Source: a bacterium
Lineage (GTDB): Bacteria; Patescibacteriota; Minisyncoccia; Phycocordibacterales; UBA2100
Direction of reading: 5' to 3'
DNA: 64,000 nucleotides
NCBI GenBank assembly: GCA_030647655.1
Contig: JAUSJH010000003.1
Location: forward strand, 11,013 to 75,012
Under the pieces are notes generated by a model. It did no database searches. It was not told where the DNA came from and worked only from the letters and a program-made list of their open reading frames with translations. The position numbers were made by a program, and so were the translations under genes. Shown here piece after piece: positions 10,997 through 20,069 of this stretch. Positions within the stretch are counted from its first letter, which is position 1. The number at the start of each line of letters is the position of its first letter.

Positions 10997-11506
10997 ATGG
11001 ACATCCTCTCGCACGGTTTGTATGGCGGAGTGACGTTTGGCCGGAAAAGCCGATGGGATTATTGGACGGCATTCCTCTTTGGCATCGGCCCCGACCTTTT
11101 GGCATTCGGGCCGCTTTTTTTCGTGAGCTTTTTCATTTCCGGTTCCTGGCCGGGGCATGTGGAACCGCCAAGTGCCGGAATGATCCCCGCATACGTCTCC
11201 TCTGTCTACAGCGTCACCCACAGCCTCATCATCTACGCGGTGTTCTTCGCACTTCTCTGGTGGTTGGGGAAGAGGCATTTCGCGCATCTCACCTTGGCCT
11301 GGCCGCTCCATATTTTGGTAGACATACCCACGCACTCCAATGTCTTTTTCCCCACGCCCTTTTTGTGGCCGCTCTCACATTTTTCGGTCAATGGAATGCA
11401 ATGGGGTCAGCCGGTGATATTTATTCCCAACGTCATTCTTCTCCTCTGCCTCTACTTCTACTGGTTCATACATCGCAAGCGTCGCTCCTCTCATTCGCGC
11501 GAATAG
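10997..11506 (+). CDS. Membrane-bound metal-dependent hydrolase (YdjM-like)
   Basis: MD..SH, PDL, THS, HILVD motifs. Confidence 0.75.
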   Translation: MDILSHGLYGGVTFGRKSRWDYWTAFLFGIGPDLLAFGPLFFVSFFISGSWPGHVEPPSAGMIPAYVSSVYSVTHSLIIYAVFFALLWWLGKRHFAHLTLAWPLHILVDIPTHSNVFFPTPFLWPLSHFSVNGMQWGQPVIFIPNVILLLCLYFYWFIHRKRRSSHSRE

Positions 11507-11564
11507 GCGAATGGTTGGATTCTAAGTAATGCATTCGGTGGAGGGGGTGTGGTAATATCAGTAC

Positions 11565-11678
11565 ATGACAGATAAAGTCAAAAAGGGCTCGATGCGATGG
11601 CAGGCGGCGCGGCTACAGCCTGTGCAGAAAAATCGTGGCATCAAGAACGTACGGAAACAGAGGAAGCCCACGCACTGA
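11565..11678 (+). CDS. Small basic protein (37 aa, not in ORF track)
   Basis: MTDKVKKGSMRWQAARLQPVQKNRGIKNVRKQRKPTH; TAATAT 6 nt upstream of ATG. Confidence 0.5.
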   Translation: MTDKVKKGSMRWQAARLQPVQKNRGIKNVRKQRKPTH

Positions 11679-11698
11679 GGACACGGTAGAATTTTCAT

Positions 11699-11836
11699 AT
11701 GGATGTACTTTCAACGTTTCTGAATACGCTCCTTTCGTTTCTCCTGCAATTCGTCACCCTTATCATCGGCTTCTTCATCTCCATTCTCACGCTTTTCCTC
11801 GATTTCTTCCGTAGCCTCATTGGTCTCGCATCCTAA
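11699..11836 (+). CDS. Small hydrophobic/amphipathic protein (45 aa, not in ORF track)
   Basis: MDVLSTFLNTLLSFLLQFVTLIIGFFISILTLFLDFFRSLIGLAS; TAGAAT 6 nt upstream of ATG. Confidence 0.65.
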   Translation: MDVLSTFLNTLLSFLLQFVTLIIGFFISILTLFLDFFRSLIGLAS

Positions 11837-11859
11837 GGCTGGATATGTATACTAGTGCC

Positions 11860-12183
11860 ATGAAAGGGGATGAGTTTAATGTGTCGGAGAGGATACTGAT
11901 GTACGCGTTTGTGCATGCCGCTGTGGCGGCGGCATATGTGGCTGGTGTGGCGTATTTTATGGCCAACGCAAAGGATATTGTCGGCCCACAGCCCGGTTAC
12001 ATCGGAATCACGGTCTTCCTGCTCGTTTTCTCGACCTCCGCGGCCATCATGGGCATGCTCGTATTCGGTCGCCCTGTGCTGTGGTTTATGGCGGGCGCAA
12101 AATTGGAAGCCGTTCAGCTCGCTGTCTCCACCGTCGCTTTCTTAGCACTCATCGCATTCGTCATCTTCCTCTTTTTGGTATAG
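11860..12183 (+). CDS. Three-TM hypothetical membrane protein
   Basis: Hydrophobic helices; TATACT 6 nt upstream. Confidence 0.7.
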   Translation: MKGDEFNVSERILMYAFVHAAVAAAYVAGVAYFMANAKDIVGPQPGYIGITVFLLVFSTSAAIMGMLVFGRPVLWFMAGAKLEAVQLAVSTVAFLALIAFVIFLFLV

Positions 12184-12211
12184 CACGTCATCGGCTGTAG
12201 TACTTTCTTGT

Positions 12212-12757
12212 ATGGCGCTCTCGATTGCGATCGTTTTTCTCGCCCTGCAGGCCGCTGTGCTTTTTGCAATGGGTCAGCCGCCGATATCGACGAGCGGAGA
12301 GGTACACCTTTGGTGGGGGACTGTTTTAAGCTCCGGTAATTCACAACACCTCACCGATTGGTACACCTTTTCGCATATCATTCACGGTTTTCTTTTCTAT
12401 CTCGGGCTCTGGTATTTTTTCCCGCGAATGTCTGTATGGACACGATTCCTCATAGCCCTCGGCATCGAGATTGCGTGGGAACTCATCGAGAATACTCCTA
12501 TGGTAATACAGCACTACCGGGAGCAGGCGCTCGCACAGGGCTACACGGGCGACAGCATTATCAACTCGGTGAGTGACACGCTCGCAATGGTTATAGGTTT
12601 TGTAATGGCACGGCGCCTCCCCGTATGGACCATTGTCGTCATAGGGCTCGGGCTCGAGCTTTTCGTCGGCTTCATGATCCGTGACAATCTCACCCTCAAT
12701 ATCCTCAATCTTATCCACCAGTTCCCGGCTATCTCTGCGTGGCAGGCAGGTGGATAA
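12212..12757 (+). CDS. DUF2585 (UPF0314) membrane protein
   Basis: NSQHLTDWYTFSHIIHG, WE.IENTP..I.HYR, GY.GDSIINS..D, IRDNLTLN. Confidence 0.88.
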   Translation: MALSIAIVFLALQAAVLFAMGQPPISTSGEVHLWWGTVLSSGNSQHLTDWYTFSHIIHGFLFYLGLWYFFPRMSVWTRFLIALGIEIAWELIENTPMVIQHYREQALAQGYTGDSIINSVSDTLAMVIGFVMARRLPVWTIVVIGLGLELFVGFMIRDNLTLNILNLIHQFPAISAWQAGG

Positions 12758-12796
12758 CTTTGTTGCGTCTGCAAAGCGGAAGTTCAGAATAGAGCT

Positions 12797-12967
12797 ATGG
12801 CAAAGAACGCGAAAAAGGGACACGGTCGCAAAGGGGAAGTGAGCAAGCGTTCGCAGGTCTTGAGCGGGCGCAACAAACGCTGGACCAAAGTTGATACCAA
12901 GACCGGCCGCTTCATGGACCAAATGGCGAAGAAGGGCCGCGCGTTTAAAAGTGTGCGGATGAAGTAA
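12797..12967 (+). CDS. Small basic conserved hypothetical protein (56 aa, not in ORF track)
   Basis: MAKNAKKGHGRKGEVSKRSQVLSGRNKRWTKVDTKTGRFMDQMAKKGRAFKSVRMK; fills the intergenic gap. Confidence 0.7.
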   Translation: MAKNAKKGHGRKGEVSKRSQVLSGRNKRWTKVDTKTGRFMDQMAKKGRAFKSVRMK

Positions 12968-12997
12968 GTTATTAATTTTATTAGTTCATCATTTCGT

Positions 12998-13258
12998 ATG
13001 AAAGCGAATCCAAAGAAAGTGGGACTTGTCTTGGGAACGATGTTGGGCGGCGTCCATGTTCTGTGGTCTCTTTTGGTCTTTCTCGGCTGGGCGCAGCCAC
13101 TCGTCAATTTCTCGTTGTGGGCACACATGGTTCAGGCCGCTTCGGTCATCGGCCCGTTTGATATCACGGCCGCCGTGACAGTCGTTATCGTCGCGTGTCT
13201 CGTGGGTTATGCGATAGGGTATGCTGCAGGAACGGTGTGGAACAAAGTCCACGAGTAG
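12998..13258 (+). CDS. Small two-TM membrane protein
   Basis: H..WS.LV..GWAQP...F....H pattern. Confidence 0.7.
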   Translation: MKANPKKVGLVLGTMLGGVHVLWSLLVFLGWAQPLVNFSLWAHMVQAASVIGPFDITAAVTVVIVACLVGYAIGYAAGTVWNKVHE

Positions 13259-13299
13259 CGCGTCAGCCAAGAGAGGGGTACGTATGATATTGTGGAGGC

Positions 13300-14370
13300 A
13301 TGTTGCATCCGCCCTTCTACGATCCCGCCAAGACCTACTACGAAAATTGGGAGAAAGGGCCATTCAACGGTTTTGCGGACGGGGTGGTCCTGCCCGCGAG
13401 TAAGGCCCATTTTGATTTTCTAGGGGCAAAACTTTCATATCCGCTCGGCATCCCCGCAGGCCCGCTCTTGAACGCAAAATTCGTAAAAGCTTCGCTCGAC
13501 AAAGGCTTTGATGTGCCAGTGCAAAAAACAGTGCGTAGTCGTGTGCGCGAATCCAACCAATGGCCCAACGTGCTTGGGGCCGATATAGCAGGCGACTTGA
13601 CGCTCGAAATGGCGCAGAAGCCTATTGTGGTGCGCAATGAGTACAAAGAACCACTCTCTATCACAAATTCATTTGGCAATCCATCGTATGAACCTGCAGT
13701 TTGGCAGAAAGATCTGCGTGATTGCGTTTCTTATACGAAGTCGGGGCAGCTCGTCATTTGTAGTTTCGAGGGCACTAAGTGGGAAGGATTTTCAACCGAG
13801 GACTATGTCAATGACTGGGTGCAAGGCGCGCAAATGATCAAGGATGCAGGAGTGAAGGTGGTGGAGACAAATTTCTCGTGCCCCAACGAGGGCGCGGCAT
13901 CGCTCCTGTGTTTCGATGTGCCCAAAGTAAAGCTCATCACCTCGGCTATCAAAGAAAGAATTGGCGACACGAAACTCATTATTAAAATTGCGTACTTCGG
14001 AAAAGAGGAATTGCGTGAATTAGTGCAAGAAGTAGGGAATATAGTAGATGGCTTTGCCGCTATCAATACCATACCGGCGCCCGTCGTGAATCCTGACGGA
14101 ACGCAAGCGCTTCCGGGGGCTCACAGAGTGAGGAGCGGTATCTGCGGACATGCGGTCAAATGGGCAGGGCTTGATATGGTGCGCCGCCTCAAGGGTTTGC
14201 GACAAGAATTCGCTATGGAGTACGCGATTATCGGGAGCGGGGGCGTGACTGTGCCCAAGGATTTCAAAGAATATCGCGACGCGGGAGCTGATGTCGTCAT
14301 GACAGCGACCGGCGCCATGTGGAATCCGTACCTCGCCAAAGAAATTAAAGAGGCGTACCCAGATGCCTAA
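13300..14370 (+). CDS. Dihydroorotate dehydrogenase-family flavoprotein (divergent)
   Basis: PLGIPAGP, TNSFG.PS, NFSCPN, INTI, SG.CG..VK, IIGSGGV. Confidence 0.8.
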   Translation: MLHPPFYDPAKTYYENWEKGPFNGFADGVVLPASKAHFDFLGAKLSYPLGIPAGPLLNAKFVKASLDKGFDVPVQKTVRSRVRESNQWPNVLGADIAGDLTLEMAQKPIVVRNEYKEPLSITNSFGNPSYEPAVWQKDLRDCVSYTKSGQLVICSFEGTKWEGFSTEDYVNDWVQGAQMIKDAGVKVVETNFSCPNEGAASLLCFDVPKVKLITSAIKERIGDTKLIIKIAYFGKEELRELVQEVGNIVDGFAAINTIPAPVVNPDGTQALPGAHRVRSGICGHAVKWAGLDMVRRLKGLRQEFAMEYAIIGSGGVTVPKDFKEYRDAGADVVMTATGAMWNPYLAKEIKEAYPDA

Positions 14371-15349
14371 TGATATCAAAGTTCGGGTAGAAAAAGCAAT
14401 CGCGGAGAAAGTGTTTCCGGGATGTGTCCTTGGGATTGTCAGAAAGAACGGTGAGCGAGAGATATTCCCATTCGGGCGCTTTACGTATGAACCAAATTCG
14501 CCAGCCGTGCGCGAGGATACGATATACGACATGGCATCGGTTACGAAATCAATTCCTGTCGCGTCGCTTGCGCTCACTTTGATTGGAGAAGGGAGGATGC
14601 GCGCTACGGACACGGTAGTGAAATATCTGCCGGAGTTGAAGAATGATTATGGGGCCACAGTTGAAGACTTGTTGACCTACCGTGTCAAAGGAACCCGACT
14701 CTCGACACTGCACGACAAAACTCCCGATGAGGTCCTGAACATTGTTTTCAAAAACGGATTCGATGGTCCGCCGGAGAAGCCCGAATATACAAATCTTCCG
14801 GCATTTTTACTCGGGCTTGTTGTCGAACGATGGTTCGACGATTCTCTCGTAAACATCGCCGAAGGTTATTTTTTTATGCCGTTGCGAATGATGGACACGA
14901 ATTTCTTCCCGCCGGACATTTCGCGGATTGTTCCCACAGAAGTTGTCGATGGTGTGGAAATTCGAGGTATTGTCCACGACGAAAGCGCGCGCGTCTTCGC
15001 GCGCGCACATCGAGCCGTCGGCCACGCGGGATTATTCTCGACCGCACCTGACATTCTTAATTTTCTAGAGAGCTTGTTGCAGGGGAAATATCAGAATATT
15101 GTCGAGGGGGCACGGCGGGGTTTGGGCTGGCAGTTAAACCAGCAATGGTTTATGGGAAAACACTCGGGAGAACATACATTCGGCAAAACAGGATTCACGG
15201 GCACGTCGGTTGTGTGTGATATCGAGCGTGGTATCGCGTTCGTCATCCTCTCGAATCGCACATACCCGAAGCGTCCGCCCGATGCTGCCTCGATACCTTC
15301 CGCCATCAATCCGTTTCGTGCGGATATTGCGGACATTCTCATGCATTAA
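14363..15349 (+). CDS. Beta-lactamase-family serine hydrolase
   Basis: ASVTK SxxK, YTN, G.VHDE.A, GHAGLFST, GKTGFTG, LSNR. Confidence 0.88.
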   Translation: MPNDIKVRVEKAIAEKVFPGCVLGIVRKNGEREIFPFGRFTYEPNSPAVREDTIYDMASVTKSIPVASLALTLIGEGRMRATDTVVKYLPELKNDYGATVEDLLTYRVKGTRLSTLHDKTPDEVLNIVFKNGFDGPPEKPEYTNLPAFLLGLVVERWFDDSLVNIAEGYFFMPLRMMDTNFFPPDISRIVPTEVVDGVEIRGIVHDESARVFARAHRAVGHAGLFSTAPDILNFLESLLQGKYQNIVEGARRGLGWQLNQQWFMGKHSGEHTFGKTGFTGTSVVCDIERGIAFVILSNRTYPKRPPDAASIPSAINPFRADIADILMH

Positions 15350-15381
15350 TTCTTTTAAGCAAACGTGCTAGAGTGCAGTAT

Positions 15382-17208
15382 ATGTGCGGTATTTTTGCCT
15401 ATACGGGGAAGAAGGGAAAGGACGCAGGCGGGGTACTTTTGGACGGTTTATTGAGTCTTGAATATCGAGGCTACGACTCTGCCGGTATCTACACACCTGA
15501 AAGCGGGAGTGTACGGACGCCGGGGGCCGTGGCAGAACTTCGCAAGAAAATACCAAAGGGTTTTAAGGGAAAAAGCGGCATCGCACATTTACGCTGGGCG
15601 ACCCACGGCGAGCCGACGGAGAAAAATGCGCATCCACACTCGGATTGCGAAGGCGAGGTCTGGGTCGTGCACAACGGCATAATCGAGAATTTCAAGGAGT
15701 TGAAGGAAAAACTAATAAAAAAAGGACATACATTTACATCCGATTCCGACACTGAAGTTTTGGCGCACCTTGTCGAGGAACATCTAAAAAAGGAGAAGAG
15801 TTTCGAGAAAGCGGCACTCGCGGCTTTGAATGAAGTGAATGGCACGTATGGCATCGCGCTTCAATACAAGAAAGAACCAGACCGCATTATCGCGGCGCGC
15901 ATGGGCTCTCCCATAGTCTTGGGGCTTGGCGATGGTGAGCATTTCATCGCATCGGACCCGTCACCAATCCTTCCGCACACAAAAAAAGTCGTCTTTCTCG
16001 AAGACGGAGAAGTGGCCGTCATTTCACCTGATGGGCACAGGATATTCAAATTAGATTCGACAAAGGTGAAGCGTGATGCCACCAATATTGATTGGAGTGC
16101 GGAAGCGACCCAAAAGGGAGGGCATGAACATTTTATGCTCAAAGAAATTATGGAAGGGCCGGAGGTGATAGAAAATACGCTTCGCGGGAGGCTCATTATT
16201 GAAAAGGGACTTGCGAAGCTCGGCGGGCTCGAGAGCGTCGCAAAGCAGCTTGAAAAAATAGAGCGCGTCATCGTCGTCGCCTGCGGAACGGCTTACTATG
16301 CGGGCCTCGTAGGGGAGTACATGCTCGAGGAGTACGCGGGAATTCCCGTCGAAGTCGAACTGGGTTCGGAGTTCCGCTATCGCAAATCGGTCATTAATGA
16401 GAAGACGGTCGTCCTCGGTATTTCGCAATCAGGCGAGACGGCTGATACGCTTGAGGCCCTGCGCGAGGGGAAGCGACGCGGAGCACTCACCCTTGGCATC
16501 GTGAACACAGTAGGCTCCACGATTGCGCGCGAGACGGATGCGGGCGTCTACAATCACGCGGGGCCGGAAATAAGCGTGGCTTCTACCAAGGCATTCCTGT
16601 CGCAATTGACGGCGCTCGCGCTTTTCACGATGTTCTTCGGACGCCAGCGCGGAATGTCTGAGGCGACGGGACGGGAAATCGCGAAGGCGCTCAAAGAGCT
16701 TCCGGAGAAATTGCAGCAGATATTGGATACAAAGGAATCGATACAAAAACTTGCAAAGAAGTATTCAAAGGCACGCGATTTTCTCTACATCGGGCGTAAA
16801 TACAATTATCCAATCGCGTATGAGGGTGCCATCAAGCTCAAGGAAATTTCGTATGTACACGCCGAAGGCTGCGGAGCAGGCGAGATGAAGCACGGACCTA
16901 TTGCCATGATAGATGAGAATTTCCCGACGATGGCTATCGCGCCGAAAGACAGCATGTACGAGAAAATGGTGTCCAATATTCACGAGATAAAGGCGCGCAA
17001 AGGGCCCGTTATCGCTATTGCGACGAAGGGTGACAAGGAGATAGCGAAGCTCGCCGACGACGTACTCTATGTGCCGGAAACGCTTGAAATGCTCTCGCCG
17101 ATATTGAACGTCGTACCGCTACAACTTTTCGCCTACTATTTCGCAAAAGAAAAAGGTCTCAACGTCGACCGCCCGCGCAATTTGGCGAAGTCAGTTACTG
17201 TTGAATAA
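15382..17208 (+). CDS. glmS: Glutamine--fructose-6-phosphate transaminase
   Basis: MCGI, LEYRGYDSAG, HLRWATHG, SQSGETADT, PRNLAKSVTVE. Confidence 0.98.
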   Translation: MCGIFAYTGKKGKDAGGVLLDGLLSLEYRGYDSAGIYTPESGSVRTPGAVAELRKKIPKGFKGKSGIAHLRWATHGEPTEKNAHPHSDCEGEVWVVHNGIIENFKELKEKLIKKGHTFTSDSDTEVLAHLVEEHLKKEKSFEKAALAALNEVNGTYGIALQYKKEPDRIIAARMGSPIVLGLGDGEHFIASDPSPILPHTKKVVFLEDGEVAVISPDGHRIFKLDSTKVKRDATNIDWSAEATQKGGHEHFMLKEIMEGPEVIENTLRGRLIIEKGLAKLGGLESVAKQLEKIERVIVVACGTAYYAGLVGEYMLEEYAGIPVEVELGSEFRYRKSVINEKTVVLGISQSGETADTLEALREGKRRGALTLGIVNTVGSTIARETDAGVYNHAGPEISVASTKAFLSQLTALALFTMFFGRQRGMSEATGREIAKALKELPEKLQQILDTKESIQKLAKKYSKARDFLYIGRKYNYPIAYEGAIKLKEISYVHAEGCGAGEMKHGPIAMIDENFPTMAIAPKDSMYEKMVSNIHEIKARKGPVIAIATKGDKEIAKLADDVLYVPETLEMLSPILNVVPLQLFAYYFAKEKGLNVDRPRNLAKSVTVE

Positions 17209-17265
17209 AGCAAAACGAGCTCCTTGTTCGGGGTCCGTTTCTTTTGCTTTTGCTCGCGGCAAACA

Positions 17266-17745
17266 TCAGCATTCGCCGCGTATCCGTCCGGCCACGTGAC
17301 GGAGCCCTTCGAGATAGCTCTCGATGCCTCGCCCTGAGATTTGCCGGATGCATGCCGGAGCTATGACCGATTTCCTGCGCCACAGTTCGCGGTATCGAAT
17401 ATCAGAGAGATGGACTTCGACGACAGGCGGTCGTATCGACTTAACGGCGTCGTGGAGAGCGTAGCTGTAGTGCGTGAACGCTCCCGGGTTGAACACTACC
17501 CCGTCCTCCTCCTTGTGGGCTCGGTGAAGCCGGTCGATTAAGGCTCCTTCGTGGTTTGACTGAAAGTCGACAACGTCCACTCCGAGGTCGTTACCAAGCG
17601 AACGCAGGCGCCTGTTGATCTGGAAAAGCGTAATCTTCCCATAAACCCCGAGCTCGCGTATCCCGAGCATGTTCAGGTTTGCGCCGTGAAGCACAAGGAC
17701 TCGCACCAAACGGGATGCCGAGTCCGCAGCTGTTGCCAATGTCAT
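17266..17745 (-). CDS. aroQ: Type II 3-dehydroquinate dehydratase
   Basis: LHGANLNMLG.RE..VYG, QSNHEG.LID, NPGAFTHYS.AL.DA, VEVHLS. Confidence 0.93.
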   Translation of the reverse strand: MTLATAADSASRLVRVLVLHGANLNMLGIRELGVYGKITLFQINRRLRSLGNDLGVDVVDFQSNHEGALIDRLHRAHKEEDGVVFNPGAFTHYSYALHDAVKSIRPPVVEVHLSDIRYRELWRRKSVIAPACIRQISGRGIESYLEGLRHVAGRIRGEC

Positions 17746-17823
17746 GAACTATCTCCCGTTTGAACTCGTTCATCCCGCGTTTGCGGAAAGGAACGTTGCC
17801 GAAATGTATTCTTTAACGAGTAC

Positions 17824-18498
17824 TTAGTCAACAACTTCGGATTCACCCCTTACATCAAATTTTTCTACCAACCGACATACGTCATCCATCGTGTCAGCAT
17901 ACGCGTCCGCACCCGTTTGTTCATAACCGGGTAGAAGATTGCCGCGGAAGCCGATTACATATGTTTCGGCGGATTTGCCGGACATGATGCCGGGATTCGA
18001 ATCCTCGAGCACCACCGAGCGGCGTGGGTTTGCGCCTAATTGCTTAAACGCTGCAAGATACCCATCGGGAGCAGGTTTTGATTTTAGGTCTGGGTTGTCG
18101 TTGATGGAGACGATATGTTCAATCTGGTCGGCGAATGGAAGACGTGCCAAGACATAATTTATCCATGTACGCGGTGAGGATGAAACAAGTCCGAGCCGGA
18201 AATCTAGTGTGAGAACTTTCTCAACAAGACGATCAACACCAGGGGTAATCATCGCTCTTGCAAACACGGTCCGTGCTCCCTCGTCGTATCGCTGTCGGTA
18301 CTCATCGTAATCCGCATCAGCGCCGAGTGCCGTAGCTTTTTCGTATATAGCATTGATGCTTACACCGACGGTATCACCGATTTTCTCAGCCACATTTCTT
18401 CCGAATGAAGCGACGAGAATACCTTTTTCGTGCCCATCCCATGCGCGTTCGGTATCGATCAAGACACCGTCCATGTCGAAAATGAACGCTTTGTTCAT
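17824..18498 (-). CDS. HAD-family phosphatase (beta-PGM/CbbY-like)
   Basis: FIFDMDGVLIDTE, KPAPD, LEDS..G. Confidence 0.9.
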   Translation of the reverse strand: MNKAFIFDMDGVLIDTERAWDGHEKGILVASFGRNVAEKIGDTVGVSINAIYEKATALGADADYDEYRQRYDEGARTVFARAMITPGVDRLVEKVLTLDFRLGLVSSSPRTWINYVLARLPFADQIEHIVSINDNPDLKSKPAPDGYLAAFKQLGANPRRSVVLEDSNPGIMSGKSAETYVIGFRGNLLPGYEQTGADAYADTMDDVCRLVEKFDVRGESEVVD

Positions 18499-18752
18499 TT
18501 TCGAACTCGCCGCATCCACGCTTTTTTGAAATACGGCATTGTGAGTGTCGAGAGTGTGAAGGCGAGCGTGGGGACGACTGCCGCAAGCCATGGCCGCTCG
18601 ACCTTGATCACATAGAGGAATACCCCTATTGCACCATACGTGAACATAGCGATAAGAATTCTTCTCATCCAACTCATTTCCCACGATTTGTCCAACTCAA
18701 CGTTCGCATTTCGTTCTTCTATTCTTTGCACGCGCTGTTCCAAGGACTCCAT
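18495..18752 (-). CDS. Small membrane protein
   Basis: IEERN..VE.DK.WE.SW.RR followed by two TMs; ATGA overlap with the HAD gene. Confidence 0.75.
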   Translation of the reverse strand: MESLEQRVQRIEERNANVELDKSWEMSWMRRILIAMFTYGAIGVFLYVIKVERPWLAAVVPTLAFTLSTLTMPYFKKAWMRRVRK

Positions 18753-18764
18753 ACACACATAGTA

Positions 18765-19817
18765 CTAGATCTTTACAATCTTCTCCCACGGGCGGCCAGC
18801 AACGCCGAAGTGGCCGTAGGTAGCCGTCTCGCGATAAATGGGACGGCGTAGGTCGAGGCGCTTAATAATCGCTTGCGGGCGGAAATCAAAGTTCTTGGTG
18901 ACGATATGCGTCAGGTTCTTTCCTTTGCCGTCGAACGCTTCAATCATAACGGGCTCGGCGCGGCCGATGGCGTATGCGACGGATACCAAGGCTTTTTTGG
19001 CGTAGCCATTGGCGACCAAGTTCTTGGCGACGAAACGACACATGTATGCAGCCGAGCGGTCCACCTTCATCGGCTCTTTTCCGGAGAAGCAACCGCCGCC
19101 ATGGGGCATGAGACCTCCATAGGTATCGACTTGGATTTTGCGCCCCGTGAGCCCCGCGTCGGCCTCAAAGCCGCCTTGTACAAATCGTCCTGTCGGGTTG
19201 ACGAGTATCTCAACATCTTTTACCGAGCCCAAGACCGGTGTGAATAAATGTTTTATGAGTTGCTTCCGTATTTCTTCCTGCGAAACTTTCTTGTCGTGTT
19301 GCGTGGAGCAGAGCGCCGTGATGACTTTTCCTTTCGCAATTGTTATCTGCGTCTTACCGTCGGGCTTGAGCCATTTAAGCGTCCCGTCGCGGCGCAGTTT
19401 TTCAAGCCGACGAGCGAGTGCGTGCGCCAAGACGACGCCGAGTGGAAGCATCTCTTTCGTCTCGTTCGTCGCATAGCCGTACATAATGCCCTGATCGCCC
19501 GCGCCGCCCGTATCCACTCCCATCGCGATATCGGGGGATTGCTGGGCGACACGAACGATGACCTCTAGATTGTCCTTGTAACCAATTTCTTTGTAAACCT
19601 TACGCGCGATTTTCTCAAAATTCACCTTGGCTTTCGTGCGCACCTCGCCACCTATCATGAGCGTGCCGTGACTGCCAAAAACCTCAACTCCGGCCCGACT
19701 AAAAGGGTCCTGCTCGAGCATTGCGTCGAGAATTGCGTCAGATATCTGGTCGCACGTTTTGTCTGGATGTCCGCACGTAACGCTCTCCACCGTGTATCTT
19801 TCTAAAAGATGAAACAT
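18765..19817 (-). CDS. metK: S-adenosylmethionine synthetase
   Basis: ESVT.GHPDK.CDQISD, GAGDQG, GLTGRKI.VDTYGG, GGGCFSGK, KVDRSAAY. Confidence 0.97.
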   Translation of the reverse strand: MFHLLERYTVESVTCGHPDKTCDQISDAILDAMLEQDPFSRAGVEVFGSHGTLMIGGEVRTKAKVNFEKIARKVYKEIGYKDNLEVIVRVAQQSPDIAMGVDTGGAGDQGIMYGYATNETKEMLPLGVVLAHALARRLEKLRRDGTLKWLKPDGKTQITIAKGKVITALCSTQHDKKVSQEEIRKQLIKHLFTPVLGSVKDVEILVNPTGRFVQGGFEADAGLTGRKIQVDTYGGLMPHGGGCFSGKEPMKVDRSAAYMCRFVAKNLVANGYAKKALVSVAYAIGRAEPVMIEAFDGKGKNLTHIVTKNFDFRPQAIIKRLDLRRPIYRETATYGHFGVAGRPWEKIVKI

Positions 19818-19840
19818 ATATTATTTCTATAAAACCAGTA

Positions 19841-19860
19841 ATCTCCCCGTATGGGGAGAT
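19841..19860 (-). terminator. Riboswitch expression-platform hairpin
   Basis: Minus strand ATCTCCCC-ATAC-GGGGAGAT then TACTGGTTTT, between the aptamer and metK. Confidence 0.6.
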
Positions 19861-19870
19861 ATTCGTCAGA

Positions 19871-19967
19871 AGTATCATCCCTTTTGGGGCCGGATGGAGC
19901 ACCTTATCCTTCCGAACAGGTTGCTGGCGAGTCATAAAGCCGGAACTTTCGTCGCACTCTTGATACG
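19871..19967 (-). promoter_or_regulatory. SAM-I (S-box) riboswitch upstream of metK
   Basis: Minus strand GTATCAAGAG...GGC..ATGA...CAGCAACC...AAGGTGCT..ATCC...GATGATAC; P1 GTATC/GATAC. Confidence 0.88.
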
Positions 19968-20069
19968 TATGGGGGATGTGCGCGCATTCTAGCAGGGTCA
20001 TTTCCTTCGTGCAATACTGTGTCGCCGCGCTACAATTGACGATTGCGCGGCATGATTTCGCAAAATCAC

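Noticed and set aside
6721-13258. Integron cassette array
   Set aside because: Many small co-oriented genes, but no attC (RYYYAAC...GTTRRRY) pattern or integrase; each gene has its own promoter-like box.
15350-15381. glmS ribozyme
   Set aside because: Only 32 bp of intergenic space, with a -10 box just before the ATG; no room for the ribozyme.
19845-19856. CCCCGTATGGGG as another CCCCG-type insertion
   Set aside because: Its flanks are inverted (ATCT/AGAT), not direct repeats, and it is explained as the riboswitch hairpin.
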